From positions 2,760,226 through 2,824,225 of the forward strand of contig CAJINV010000002.1 in the NCBI GenBank assembly GCA_905178155.1: a DNA stretch of 64,000 nt, written 5' to 3'. Source of the stretch: Amoebophrya sp. A120 (taxonomy: Eukaryota > Protista > Dinoflagellata). The translations under genes were made by a program, and so were the position numbers. The first letter of the stretch is position 1. Each line of letters begins with the position of its first letter. The notes below the pieces were generated by a model. That model was not told the origin of the DNA. It made no database searches and saw only the letters and a list, made by a program, of their open reading frames with translations. Positions 24,073 to 38,370 of the stretch are shown here, piece after piece.

Positions 24073-27000
24073 ATGACAACTTCTGTTGAGGCCGCTGATA
24101 GTACAAGGAACAACAACACCGAGCAAGAACTACCAGTAGATCAATCTAGCGCTCTCTACGTCTCTAAATCTATCGCCCAGGAAAACAAGCTTTCTCAGCG
24201 CAGTTCGGAGCCCACCACTGGTACCCCCAGCACGGTTGGCAACGACATTTTGCTGTCTCGCGAGCAGCAGAGCTCGTCCACGAACTCCGGAGCCGAGGAT
24301 TCCATGTCCTCCGCGACCGCCGCCGGCTCCACCCCGGCAGCCATGAAGCTGCAAGCCGACACTTCTGATCTGACCCCGACGACGGTCGCTCATGGGGATG
24401 TTGCGGGTGCTGGTGACATCACGCCCGTTACACCCGCGCCGAAGGCAGAGCAGGGGAAGAAGGCGGAAGAGGAGGAGGAGGAGGAATTCTTGGTGTGCGA
24501 AGAAATTCCGGAACCAGGTATTGAAATTTTTGAGGTGCTATAATCCGCTTCTTGAATTACGTGCTGTTTCATTTTGCCAACAACGACAAGGTGATACCTT
24601 GGAGCATGAAAATCTTCACACTACATTTTTCCTAAATCCTATATCCCCAAGACCCGCGGAACAAGACATTTACAGACACCGGAAAAGTTAGTAGATCTTT
24701 ATTTGGAACCGAACTGAAAGGAAATCTAAATCTTCAGCAACGTGCTACACGACATCACTCTTCAGGTATGCGCAACATCCCGTTGATCAACGGTGTGGCG
24801 CAAGTTCGGGACGAAGACCTGGTCGGGGACGGCTCCGGCGACCAAAACATCTCCACCATTTCCGCGGATGAGGTCCGGGAGGAACTGAACCGCATCAAGA
24901 TGCGCCTTCCCAAGCTGAAATTCGAACTGGAGACCCCGGAGCACATATGACAGTGCACAACTCCCCCTCCCCCTCTATTGTATAGCATGAACGGCAATAC
25001 AAGCATCCGCAATAATGCCGGTTTTGCATGACAAATCTGCACTGGAGTTGTGTAGCGCGATTTGGGCACTACCAGAAGTTGTCATGCATAATAGTGACAA
25101 GGACAAAGCGTGGATTTGGTATTTTGCATGAGAAATGAGAACGAGGGGGGGTTGTGCACTCTCATAGCACATCCAGATGCTCCGCGATTTCCGGACCGAG
25201 CCGTGTGACTTGCCGCTGAGGCAGTGCTTGCAGAAACGGGGCAAGGGGTGTCTCAAGTACCACAACTCCCAGCACTTCCGCCGCCCGTTGCTGCAGGAGG
25301 ATGGGTATCAAATGCAAAAATGTCTGGGTCTGGAAGAATGCGCGATTTGTCATGGAGTTTTTCCAAGCTCCACCAAGTCTGGAATGCAGGGCCTAGCATC
25401 ACAGGTTTTGCAGCCCCTTGGTGATGCCCATTATGCATGAGAAATGCCATCTCAGCATGGCGAGAAATGGGGACCTTTTGCAAGTCATGCAACACAGATT
25501 TTTGTATGATCCGCAACACGCATCACAAGTTCGCATCCTTCCAGACCCAGACACTTTTGCATTTGATAACGGGGAGACGCTGGCGTACTTCGACATGCTG
25601 TGTCGATTCGGCGACAACTGTCCGTTGATGATGGACTGCCCCTTTGCGCACTCGAAAACGGAATTGTTGGTCCACCCGGCGAAGTTCAAGACGCGGTGCT
25701 GCGACAGCTTCAAGTGCTTCGACGACAACTGCTGCTTCGTCCACGAGGGGGACCGGGACCGGCGGGAATTCGCCGTGCACTACTCGTTTGTCACGGAGGC
25801 GCACCCAGATGACTTCCAGCCATTGACCTGCATCCCGGGGAATGAGAATTACGTCAAGCCGAGGGGTATGATCTTTTTATTTACTGGTTGAATTATCTTC
25901 ATCGAAGTTGACGTTCATCTTGTGGTTCACAAATGTCTAGCATGTGTCTACGTGGTCTTTAATTCTAAAACACAATCACAAATGTGCATTAAAAATCCTG
26001 TGCTTCTCTATGGAACAACAATAAATGCCAATGAAATTATATCACAAATCAAACTCTTACTCTTTAACTTTATCAGGCGGCAAGCTCTGTGGTTCGTACC
26101 CGAACCCCTCCAACTGCCCCTACGGCACCCGGTGCCGGTTCGCGCACCGGCGCCAGGAGCTTGGGAACCTCCTTTTCCGCCCGAGTGAGGAGAATGTCCA
26201 GGAGATTACGGATGAATTCTTAATTCTGAAGTACAAGACCAAATGGTGCCCCCACCTCTACCAGCACAACTGGACCTACTGTGTGTACGCGCACAACTAC
26301 CAGGACTACCGGCGGAACCCGCAGGTCGGCTACGGCCCCGTGCCCTGCCCGTTTTGGGATCCCCGCGACACGGCGAAATCCAGCTACAACGACCGGTGTA
26401 AGTTCGGCGCGCAGTGCCCTTTTTCCCACGGCTCGAAGGAGCGGGCGTACCACCCCCTGAACTTCAAGGTCTCCACGTGTCAGGACATTGGGCCGGGCGA
26501 GGACCGGGCGGAGTGCACGCGCGAGCCCTTCTGTGCGTTCTACCACAACGACTTGGATAAAAGACCGATCGTCCCCCACGTGATGAACTATTCCAAACCC
26601 TTACCGATTGAGAACTTGGTGAAGTACCTGCAGAAGGACTTTTTCGACGCCGGGATCGGGTACAACCACAACGCCAAGCGGTTGAATATGCATTGCAAAA
26701 ATGTCTAGGTCTGGAAGGTTGCAACTTGTGATGCTGCATTTGGATACTACCAAAATCTGTATTGCATGAACAACAAAAGAGGTGCAGTTTTTGCCACGGC
26801 GAGTAGAGGGCATTTGTTCTCATGCGGTATAGGCATGAGGAAGCCCTCACAAAATCTGTGATGCTAGAAGGGCATGCATCACAGACGTCAGGAGTCATGC
26901 AAACTGTGCATGACAAACCTTGCATCCTACTTCCAGACATCCAGGGATATTTGCATTTGATATCGAACCAGAACGAACGGCTGGAGATCTTGAAGTCGGC

Positions 27001-29008
27001 GACCTTGTTATTTTGAGGAAAAACGTCCCCACCCCAGAGTTGTCATGTAAATCTGCATGCCAAAAAAGTTTCTCTTGCGGAGCCCCATGAGAGCCGTTTT
27101 CTAGTCGTGTTTTGGAATTTGTGATGCTAGAATCGGCATGATGTGCTAGATCTGTGATGCTTCGGAACTAGGTAAACTGGATTACACTACGAGGGCAAAC
27201 TTGTCATGCGGAATAACCAAAGCTGGATGATTTGTCTAGCAGATTTCCCATTTTGACTCTGGTGTGGGTACGTTTTTACTCAGGATAGTTGTCCCCGGTG
27301 AAGAAGGCTTGCCTCCTCGACGGCGTGAATTTCGTGCAGCCGATCTCGAACTTGCGACCTTTCAAGGACTCGGTCCGGAACACGGAGAAGGCGAACCTGC
27401 AGAAAGTGAGCGGGGTGGGCACGATGCCGGAAACCTCGCCGAGTTCGTCCCCGGTTGTGCAGGGAAACAAGGGGTACGGGAGTGGCGATTCCAACTGGCG
27501 CGGCGGGGGTGGTGCAACTACATCCGGTGGGAACAACAAGGGTGCTGGGAAGTACAACGATGCTTCGTCTTGGGGTACCACCGGTCAACAGAACAACAAC
27601 TCCTGGGGCTCCGGTGGTAAAAACGACAAAAACAACAACTCGTCCTCCTGGGGCGGTAACGACAAATCCGGGAATTGGAACAACGCGAAGGGGGGAAAAA
27701 AATCTTCCAAAGACAATTCCTACGGCTATGGGAAGGACAACAACGACCAGTGGGCCGCCGAGTGGAAGAAGGCCAAGGGCCAGACGGGCGGAAAAAATTC
27801 CTCTTCTTGGGACGACCAAAACTCTGGCTACAATGGCAACAAAGGCGGGAAAATGAACGCGAAATCCTCTGGAAACAACGGCAATTCTTGGGACAACAAC
27901 CAGTCGTGGGCGGGAAACAACACAGACAACAACTCGTCTTGGACGAACAACAGCAACACTGGGATGAACAAGAACAACCAAAATCAGAAGGGGAATGGGA
28001 AGATGAATAAAGGGTCCAAAGAGACCGGGACCGCCGGCAAGAACCAGTACGGGGGAAAGAACGCCACTGATTCGAACAATACCGGGTCCAATCCCTCCTC
28101 GGGCCTTTCCTACCCCGCCCGGACCTCCACGGTGACCGGCGCTGCACATCACAACCTGGTCACTGCGGACTTTGGGGACCAGTCCCCGTATGCGCCGGCG
28201 CCACGGGCGCACCAGAGCATGGGCTACGGTGCAGGTGGGAACAACAACCCCTCTGGGGACACGCCGGAAGGACGATTGACCGCCCCCGCGGAACTGGTAT
28301 TTCTTTGCTTCTGCTTTTTTTGTTCTTTCTTCTCGCACGTTTTAGTGTTTTAGGATTTAGGGGCTGGTTTGTTCTTCTGAACGACTTTCGCTAGTACTCG
28401 AGGAGCTACAACTTAGTGTAGACGAGTTTTGATCCTCATATAAAAATTGCGAACGAGTAGATTTTTTCCAAAAACAAATCCAACTACAGACCCAAGGCCT
28501 GTTGGACCACATGACGGACCTGACGGGCAACCCCCTAGTGGACCCGAGCTCCCCGGGTGGTCTCGACCTGATGCTGAATCCCCTGTACAACCCGTTCATG
28601 GCCCAGGCGTTGGCGGGGCAAACGCCCGGCGGCGCTCCGGATCATGGTGTTGGTGCCCAGAACTTGATCATGCCGGGAGCACCAGCCGGGTTCGGCGGAA
28701 TGGGAGGTGCTTCTAACTTCAACCCGATGTTGCTCGGAGGTGTTGCCGGGAATCTGAATGTCCAGATGGGACAATTCTCGGGAGCAGGGATGGACCCCAT
28801 GGCCAACTTTGCCTTGCAAATGACCATGATGCAGCAGGGATTGGGAGCCGGGGCTGGAGCTGCAGCTGGTGTTGGTGGTCACGGTCTCATGCCGTTGCCG
28901 ATGCCACAATCGACGTCGCAGAACAATCAACATGGTGGGTATGGCGCTCCGCAGCAGGGGAAAAAAGGAAACTCGAAAAACACGAAAAAGAACAACCGAT
29001 CGAAATAG
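24073..29008 (+). CDS. Unkempt-like tandem CCCH zinc-finger RNA-binding protein with N/G/W-rich C-terminal low-complexity region (complete copy)
   Basis: Spliced EHIQMLRDFRTEPC...C...C..YH...RR, CPFAHSKTELLVHPAKFKT, KYKTKWC, CPFSHGSKERAYHPLNFK, CTREPFCAFYH resemble Unkempt fingers. GT-AG introns 24518-24765, 25866-26076, 28297-28489; IR elements 24946-25166, 25306-25568, 26687-26962, 27009-27287. Confidence 0.8.
27009..27287. mobile_element. IR introner family C (truncated copy at 17118-17320)
   Basis: DR CTTGT/GTTGT. Confidence 0.85.
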
Positions 29009-32000
29009 ATTTCGCGTTGGAGGTGTTGTGGAAAAGTTATACACAACAGCATAAAATGCATACGACAACATCAAAAAATCAGACTTAATATACCAGTATG
29101 CGTAAGAGGACTACAGGACGCCAACATCGTCCCAAAAACTTCTGTTGCACATCAAGCCATACGTTTCGCACGACCAAACAGAAAATGTGATTTTCAAAAT
29201 TTTCTACCGGTATAAGAAATGGATATGGAACAAGCTGGGACGATCGGATTTGACGATGACAATATATAAGTAGAAGTGCACGACGTCACAACACGACAAC
29301 GACTCCCCTGACAATAAAACTAGAAGTACATTACGGCAAACAACAAGTTTCGCGGCGACGAGAGCAATAGTAAAACACCCATTCTTGTACAACTAGTACT
29401 AAACATCTACACGACACAGCACAACAAACATCGAGATGAGCACAACAAGATCAGATTACAACAAGTCTACTTTGTTTCGGAAACGGAAAAAATCTCTTTC
29501 TCCCCGTCTTGTAGTACCTTCGGCACGACCCGCCATTGGACTACAGACGGGACGATTAAGAGTTTTTTATTTCAACACATTATATTGGCGAGCTAAAAAA
29601 CACCATCACGACCGAGGCTGCTACGGAATAGTTGACACAACTTGTTGCGGCACAACTACTTTTGGCAGTGGCCACTGGAAGTAGATGAAGCAGCCTCGGT
29701 TCTTACTTTATTTCCAGAAGAACTTTTTTTCGTACCACCCTAAAATTTTTTCTTTCTCAAGTTAACATTTTCAAAAAATTGATAGAGCGCGACAACCATT
29801 GCAGCTTCCTGTCGGGTAGAGTTTTTCCTCACTATACCACCGTCAGAAGTGCAGTCGTTATCTTTAGCTCTTCCACGTAGTTTATTTCGAAAAAAACGTA
29901 GCTCGTCCAGCACTTTGATGTCTAACCCAAATCTAGAGAAAAATCCAGTTCGACCTAAAAAATCTTTTTCAAAAAATCTTTACCTCGATTATTTCTCCAG
30001 TCTTAAAAATGTCCCACGCCATTAAGTTCTTTGATTTATTCAAGAAACAAAAACCTCACTACTTACCCCCGGCCGCGCAAGATGAATACTTAAGAACTTT
30101 TCAACAAACTTGTTCCGAAGAATTCGATTTCCATGAAGACCTAAGCAGTATGATTTTTCAGGCCTTTGCTCCACCTAGAAGATAATTCCATCGCGATGTT
30201 GGGGAAGATCGATAATGACGCGTGCTTGATTTATTCAACCTGGAGGTAGTACTCCTAAAAATTGCAGCCTTCTGGTTGCATCCTTCTTGCACGCGGCCGC
30301 GATAGTAGTTAGACCCCCTGCAGCGGGGTCCGACTCCGAACCAAAACGATAGCATTTCGTGAACCCTGTAGTCGTGCGTGTAGGAGCTTCTTCTCGACGA
30401 ATTAGGCCTGAATAAATCTATACACAACTACGACAGAGCGCTGCAACATCTTTTAACTGCTATACGACGATGTAGTCGAGGGTGTAAAACTATAGCATAG
30501 CGACCGCAGCGAGAAGATGACGACAAACATAAAAGGTCTTTCAATTTTATTTCTATCCAAGCTGCATAGCTTCATTTTCTGAGTCAACTTATCCCATATT
30601 TAGGTCATGTTGCTGGTCTACTACACAATACATTCAACACATGGCTGCTGCTCGACTTCTGGTCTTAAAATATTTTCAACAAAAAGTAAATTATCGGTTC
30701 AAAGAGAAAGTATACTGTAAAAAGAACGGATTGTCTCGTCCAGCTTTTGCTCGCTATTGTCAACACATCAACTATAGTAACTTACAACTACCAGTTGTAC
30801 ACTAGGCAAGAGTTGCAAGCAGAGAACCGATCATACCTGTAAAAGGTGGACAACTACTAGTAGACATCCGAAAATAAATTTATAAACCGCATTTACAAAC
30901 AAAAAGCGACCTCCGCGTGGCTGAAAATGAAAATCATTTGAAGCAAGAAGTCAACAACATCAAACGACAGTGGCGGCAAGCCTACATTTCATCCACAAAA
31001 ACTACTTACACAACTACAGCCTTTGGTAATATATAAAGCTGGTTTTCAAGAACAAATCAGTCGAAATATTATCCATTGGCCCATTCAATACAGTGAAGAA
31101 CAACCTTGAGCAGAACATTCCATCGAGAAGAAGCAGATGAAGCAGTCGAGAGAAAATTCAAACTATAAGACAAAATTTTGTAATATGAGTCCGACCTGTA
31201 CTGGTACAATTTGAATTTTGCAGTCGAGAAGAAGTCCTCTTCATCTTTTTTTTTTCGCACCAGTAGAACTACTACAAGCCTGTTGTGTACGTACCTACTA
31301 GTAGTCGAAAAATAGAAGATGATTGAGAAGTTCACCGGAGGTGGCAGTACTACTTCTAAAAGTCTGAGTGGACTACTTCTAAATTTTCCTTCAAATAACA
31401 ATTTTCTTTTCAAAAGCAATTTTATCAAAAAAACACAGCAGCAGCCAGCAGGAAGTAGTGCAGCTGCTCGATAGATTGTTTAGGAGGCAGTGTAGGCTGA
31501 AAAATTTTAATATGAGGTGGATTTTTTATGAACAGGTATACGGGATTCAACATCGAGCTTCGAGAAGGCGGTAGATGGAAGATGAAAAAAATTGCTTCAC
31601 AGGGAACGATTCAAGTAGACCAGCACACGACTTAGTATTGAATGGCTTTCGTTTCTAATTCTCAATTTCATTCCAAAATATTGCAGCATTGCGGCACGAC
31701 GTCATCAAGATCGTCAGTGCAGCACGCTTCGACGAATCATGTGGAGTGTTCTTCGGGAATATTTTTAAAGCTGTTCTGTGAGGCTGCAGTGGCGAGCTAC
31801 AGTCGCAAAATTCAAAAAGTCCACGACTGTAGTTGAGATGGAATTAAGCGAGATCTGTGGATGCAAAATTTTTCACAAATTCTTTCGAACTAGCGGGAGA
31901 AGGAGGATGAGGATCTTCCGAAGAAAAACGTGGTAGAACCGAACGCAATTTTACGCAAGATCATTTTCGCACAAGATCAGCAATTAAACCTGTTGTAGTT

Positions 32001-32371
32001 GCCCGACACTCATGCTCCGGAATTATTCGAAGTGCAAATATTGATAAAGTCGATGATGAAAGCGAATTTTTCTTTTTCCGTACTATGCTCACGACAGCGA
32101 CCGCAACAAAGTATCAATCTTTTACAATAAGTGATTCTGATTATCTTCGTGCTACACATGTTTCATCCATCATGGAGCTCGTCCTGGCTTTAGAACAAAG
32201 CGGTGAAGATACTCTTGTTGCCCTTCTTTTCGCACAGTAGCTCTAGCTTCCAAGAAGTTTTAGAGCGACGACGACATGAATCAGACCTAATCTCGTTTTA
32301 TCTTCCCTTATTTGAGTTATTCCCCCAAGAACAATTAGCGACACGTACACCTCCTACACGATCAACAAGAA

Positions 32372-34651
32372 ATGTTCGGTCCCGCCCCGCCCTACCCGCC
32401 TGCGAATGGGCAGCACCACATGATCGGTGGCACGAAGAAGGTTTACTCCGCCGTGGACTTGTTGAAGTCGAACGACGAGCTCCTTGCGGAACAGAATCGA
32501 GAGGAGGACGCGTATAAAGCCTCCGTGTGGGACAGGATACTGAAGAACAAAAAACGGTCCCTTCAGCTCTTCGGCCCGGAAAACATTGATCCCGAGCCGC
32601 TGGACACGGTGGATGTGCCAAAGTGGAAGGCCTTGAAGCTGGATTTCAAGAGATCAAACGAGTATGGGTTGATCGAAGAGAAGGTCGGGGTGAGGAGAGG
32701 TATAATTCATTGGTGTTGATGAATGCGATATTTTTATCGCTGTATTTTTATCCTAATGTTGCTTTCTGTTACTGTGCTTGTCGATGCCATACTACAAAAG
32801 CAGGCTTCTACTCTATTGTTTGCGTCTGTTCATTTGATACAGATTTTACCATTGTATGAGGAGACCACGATCACCAAATCTCAACAAACCACTCACCCAG
32901 GCGGCGCCGGTATCCCGGCCATGCAAGCTTCCCTGACCGCCATCGAGGGTCCCGCCGGTATGCTTGCCCTGGAATTCGGTGGCGCCACCGCGAGCAGCAG
33001 GAACATTGATCAGAAAACCACGCGTGTCATCGCCCCGGACGCGAAAACCTCCGAAACCGCACTCGCCATGCTCCCCCAGCCGGTCAACACCGTCGCGAAT
33101 GGACCTTCCAGCAATAGTAATCAGCAGCAACTCTCCCTCGCCCACCAGATGGGCGGGAACGAAGCCGGGCCCGCGAAGCCACAAACTACTCCTGATGAAT
33201 CGACCAAGCAAGCGAATAAGATCGTCCACGATTCGCAAGTGCAACTTTCGATTTACCGAGAGGGGGATCAGATCATCAACTTGGAAAACCCCGATCAGCG
33301 ACTCCGTGCGTTAGAAAAACCGCAGTGGCATAGGCCCTGGAAGCTACACAAAGTGCTAGCTGGTCACACCGGTTGGGTCCGCTGCGTCGCGGTTGACCCG
33401 TCGAATGAATGGTTCTGCACGAGTGGGCAAGACCGGCTGATCAAATTTTGGGACTTGGCGACGGGAACGTTGAAGTTGACATTGACCGGGCACAGTTCCT
33501 GCGTCCGCGCATTGGAGATCTCGAAACACCACCCGTACTTCTACTCGGGAGGGGAGGATAACGAGGTATAGAAAAGATGAGACTTATTTCATTGTGGCAA
33601 AAAATTTTTGTCATGCGCTTTTTGCACAAACGCCGTAAGAGCTCTATTGCTATCATGCAACACAAATTCACTTGAACAACTCAATGCGCCTTATTGCACC
33701 ACCGCATGACAGGTTCGCTGTTGGGATCTGAACACAAACAAAATCATTCGAACCTACCACGGCCACCTCCAAGCGGTTTATTCCCTGAAGCTCCACCCCA
33801 CCCTGGACATTCTCGCCTCGGGCGGTCGTGATGGAACGGTCCGAATTTGGGATATTCGGTCCCGATCGCAGATTTTCGCCTTAACCCACGAAGCCGCCGT
33901 CCACTGCTTGGCCAGTCAGGCCGCGGAGCCGCAGTTTATCTCCGGGAGTGCGGATAACACGGTATACATAGTTAGAAAGATAGTACTATTGCGCATGCGC
34001 TGTAGTAGATGTATTTCACCCTGCATGAGACGAGGGAATGCAAACTATAGATACCGATTTCTAAGTATTTCGATTTTCTCTTCTACTCGTCCTGCATCTC
34101 TATTGCGCAACATCGACCTACTTCACATGAGCAACAAATCCTTATCACAGGTGAAGCTCTGGGACCTTGCGGCCGGTAAATCCATGGCGGTTCTGACGAA
34201 CCACAAAAAGTCCATTCGCGCCGTCGCGATCCACCCCAAGGAGTACACCTTTGTCTCCTGCAGTAACGCGCAGAACAAAGTCTGGCGGTGTCCAAAGGGC
34301 GTGTTTGAGCGCGACATCTACGGCCACGACAGCATCATCAACGCCTGCGCGATCCGGGAAAATGAAGACGGATCAAGTATTTTAGTCGGCGGCGGAGACG
34401 ACGGTTTTCTCCACTTCTGGGACTGGAAAACGGGGTACTTGTTTCAATCCATCGAGGGCAAGCCGCAGCCGGGGTCTTTGTCAAGTGAGAACGCGATCTT
34501 CGGGATGGCGTTTGACCAGTCACAGACCAGATTAATAACCGCGGAGTGCGATAAGACGGTGAAGATTTACAAACAAGACTTTGACGCGGATGAAAAGTCG
34601 CACCCGATCGGAAATTGGCGCGGGTTTCTGTCGAAAAACAGGAAGAGGTGA
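32372..34651 (+). CDS. PLRG1: Pleiotropic regulator 1 / Prp46 WD40 spliceosomal NTC protein
   Basis: [55 protein letters not shown] signatures; GT-AG introns 32684-32842, 33566-33712, 33962-34150 restore frame. Confidence 0.92.
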
Positions 34652-35058
34652 TAGGACTGATAATTATCCCGGTATTTCTTGTGAAAGGAAGAGGGAAGAA
34701 GTAGATTGTGCCGTAGAGGACAAACGTGAATCTAGTATCCTTTCTCGAACGTTGTGGCTATTCAAATCTCACCCAGGCGAGAAAAGTCTGAAAGCGGTAA
34801 ATCAAAAACAAGTCTACACCTAGAATAAGGATTTGTGTGACCGTCTGCAGCAACAGCGCTGTTCTGTCCGTTCCTGCAGTATGCGAGAGAAGAGTGACGA
34901 GCAGAGACGAGGGATTGCTTAGTTATTCGAGAGCATTTTTCCTGGCATGACCATGGCAACAGAGTTTTTTCTTGGTACGGTGAGTGCCAGTTTCGTCAAG
35001 AAGAATCAAAGCAAGAAGCGAGAGGTACGCGTTGCGGTACTTCTTCGAAAAACCAAAA

Positions 35059-37514
35059 ATGCCTGCCCCGTCGTGGTTTTCGTCCGCGGTGCCATCTTTC
35101 TTCGCACCGTCCAACAGGCAGCTACAGCAGCAGCAGCATCTTCAGCAGCAAAACCACAACAATCTTCCGCAACCAGAATACTTCACCCCGGGAAGGAAAT
35201 TGCCACCGCCGGTCCCGCTAACCAACGAGGAGGTTTTCGTTTTGGTCACCACAACACTAGTTCTCACCTATCTCTTCGTCTGCGTCTGCGATTTGTGCTG
35301 GTTTGTGGGGCGGAAGGTTTTCCGGATTTGTTTACTTCTGTGCGATAGTGGAACGAGGGTTGTTTGTTGGCTTTTTTGCAGGAGTAGAAGAGGAAGGAAC
35401 AGAGCAGAAAATCAAAATACTAACTCTCTCCTCTTCGAGATCGCGGACGAGTTTGAATTTCACGAGATTTTGGAAGAGCAAGACCTACGGCTGGCGCAAG
35501 CGGTAATAGCCTCGGCCGGCGGTAAAATCGAACTAGAGATGCTGAGTGAGGAAATTAACATCGTGCCGGCGGTGGTCGAGGTGGACCACGGGGTGGAGAT
35601 GGAAGAAGATGAAGAGGACGACAACGACACGGAGCTACGCAGAACAACATCCGTCGAGCAGAATGGTTCTTCCAACGGCGAGGAGAATGAAGACGCCCAC
35701 AACGAGGACGAGGATCAAGTTGAGATTCTGGACGAGGAGATCTATGTGCACCACGACGGGGGGCCTCAGCGGTACGAGGAGCGTGAGCAGCTTCCTAGTG
35801 TAAGTGAAGGCCGGGTTCGGGTTGTTTCTGCTGCGCAGAGGGATGAACTTCTACATGATCAGGAGTATCTGCACGCCGACCAGTCGTCGCGTAGGCAACA
35901 GCACCTCGCCGAGCAGCTCACCCGGGAGAACTGGGAAGAGAAGATTTTACCGGAACTGGAGCAGAATTTGCAGCAGTTCCAACTACGAGTGGCAGCAGCT
36001 TCTGACTGTGTAATGCTAGTAGAACAAGTCGTGGCGGAGAAAGACTACGAGCAACCCCTTACCCCTTCAACGATCGAGGGTTCCCCGTTGTCCCCGTCGA
36101 CGATAGAGTACGAAAGCTGTAGTGGTGGTGTAGTTCTCCATCCGCAGAGCAGCACAAAGACGAGGAGCAGCGGATTTTCTAGTACCGCCACGACCCCATT
36201 GACCACGAACTTTGGTCCGCCGTCGACCAGCAGCTCGTATTCTTCCTCATCTGCAACGCCTCTGCTCAACATCCTCTCCGCCACCTCATCCGCGTGTAGC
36301 AACTACCTTTTTCGCGACATGAGTGGTGATCAGCGCGGAGTAGAGACGACTAGCACTTCAGCTTCAGCTACTGAAACTCCACGGGGCGCAGCCGCAGCAG
36401 AGCTGAAAGAGAAGCAACCAATTTTTTTGAGAAATGAAAACAAGAAGGCGGTTGAAGGTATGAGGGGAGAAACAATAGCACTCTGTGGTCGCGGAAGGAT
36501 ATGTGTAAGTGGATGATTTAGATGTAGCCGTCAAGGAGCTCAAGAAGAAGAGCAAGATTGGTTTATGCTGGTTGGCTCTTCTTGGGGAACTACTGTAACT
36601 AAGGGTTTTGTCCTGCTGCACTACGTATGTCCATACCTGTACCACAAGTGTAGGTAGTTTTCTGTTTTCCATAAACCGCACGAAGGAGCTGCTTCGGCGG
36701 AAACTACTCGGGAATAAGCGAAGGAAGTCGCTAAGGAATTCCACGTCGTCTTCCAGGAGTGTAGCGTCTTCGAAGGTAGTAAGGCGCTCGTCCTCCAGAA
36801 ATAGCCCTGTGGTCCAGAGTAGCAAATGCAAAAGTGTCTGGGTCTGGAAGATTTCTAGGTTTGTCATGTATATTTCGCATGAGCTATCATGATGCCTGTA
36901 ATGCATGACCTAGCATGACAGATTTTTTGCGGGTATCTTGATGCCTATCCCGCATGACAAATGCCCTCTCCGCGGAGCAAAAACTGGACGCCTCTTGCTG
37001 CTCATGCAATACAGATTTTTTTAGATTTCAAAAATAGCATCACAAGTTGCATTCTTCCTGACCCAGACATTTTTGCAGTTGATACAGAGCAGGCGAAGCA
37101 GCATTGCCAGCACCGCAAGTAGTTCCAAGAACACCTCTGCCGGTATATTACAATGAAAAATGCCCCCACCGCTGAATCGTTGGGAGCATTTGTATTGCAA
37201 ACCTTTCCAAATGAAACATTCGCTCTCTTGCATCTATCAGCATCACAGGTTTCCAATCGTGAAGAGCAAAAATTTGTATTGCAAAAGACCCCAGCAAGAG
37301 CGGCGCTTGTCATGCAAGCGATGCGATACACTGCTAGACTCTGCATCAGAAAGATTCACACTCCTTTCATGCATGACAAAAAGTTTTCATTTGGAAACTT
37401 CGCATCACAAATTTTTGCAATTTCAGGAGTGGGGGGCACTTTTCACTGTAATACGGTACCGAGAATGTTGAGAACCTCGCAGCATTACGCGCGCGGCCGT
37501 GGCTGCGGTCGTGA
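35059..37514 (+). CDS. Hypothetical membrane-anchored acidic/Ser-rich protein
   Basis: Long ORF with hydrophobic Cys-rich segment; proposed GT-AG intron 36458-36653; IR elements 36820 and 37146; stop 37512-37514. Confidence 0.6.
36820..37084. mobile_element. IR introner family A (starts TAG)
   Basis: DR CAGAG/CAGAG. Confidence 0.88.
37146..37453. mobile_element. IR introner, singleton type
   Basis: TATTACAATGAAAAATGCCCCCAC / GTGGGGGGCACTTTTCACTGTAATA; DR CGGTA/CGGTA. Confidence 0.88.
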
Positions 37515-38370
37515 AGGGGCTAAGTAGTTGTGCGGGGGTTTTTTGAATGCAAACTTCTATGTAGGCCGATACGCCTGTAGTCCCGGCAGTAGTTTCAGCA
37601 TAATACAGTAGAAAAAAACCGTTTGTTGATGTCGTGATGCAGATTTGATGCACGCCCACGCCACACTAAGAAAAACAAAAACCCGATCGCGTTGATGAAT
37701 TTTAACAATTTTTCCAGTAGACGGAGACGCCGGAATTTTAACAAATTTTCAGCCTGTATTTGTTCTGTTTTTCGGTTTGAGCGGAAGATTGTCGCGTTGA
37801 TGTAATTCAGCTCCTCGGTAGTTATCCTGCCTACTTCGCCCGCTTCTCAAATGCACGAAGACAACTTGTCGGTCGAGCACGTCGGCAATTTTTAGTACAT
37901 CGGTTGCTGCATTGCTGAAGACTTTTCCTCTCGGTTGTCGCATCGCTGAATTGATCTGCCACATTGCGGAACATCGGTGCGTTACTTCGTTCTTTTGCTA
38001 GCGAAGGTGTTACGATGAATGCAACACTGCTACTAAGTCTCCTGCACCCGAACAGCTACGAATGTCCCGACAAAAATGTTATACATCAGGTCTCCCCAGA
38101 GTTGAGGTACCAGTCTGTTGAGTGGGAGATGAATTTTTGTCCCTCCGGAGACGGAATTACTTTTCTGTTAAGTACGGTGTGTTTCTGGTAAAAAATGCGA
38201 CAATTTACTAGCGTACCCTTCAAGATTGTGTCACAAGAGACACGACGTAGTTCTACTTTCCGAGCCACACCTGACCGCAACTTGCGTATGTAAGCCCTCT
38301 CGTGATCGTCCCTTGATCTCCGGTACGCGCTTCTACTTCACCCCCCCCCCCACAAGAATAGACGAACACC

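Larger units (their letters stand above)
17421..27211. repeat. 9.8-kb direct duplication, copy 2 (contains copies of all elements of 7530-17320 at +9891)
   Basis: Starts mid-TIR (ttccagacccagac) matching 7530. Confidence 0.95.

Noticed and set aside
27280-28338. Long minus-strand ORFs (this one, 28535-29074, 44007-44591, 63485-63991 and others)
   Set aside because: Antisense shadows of + strand coding or low-complexity sequence with no recognisable protein features.
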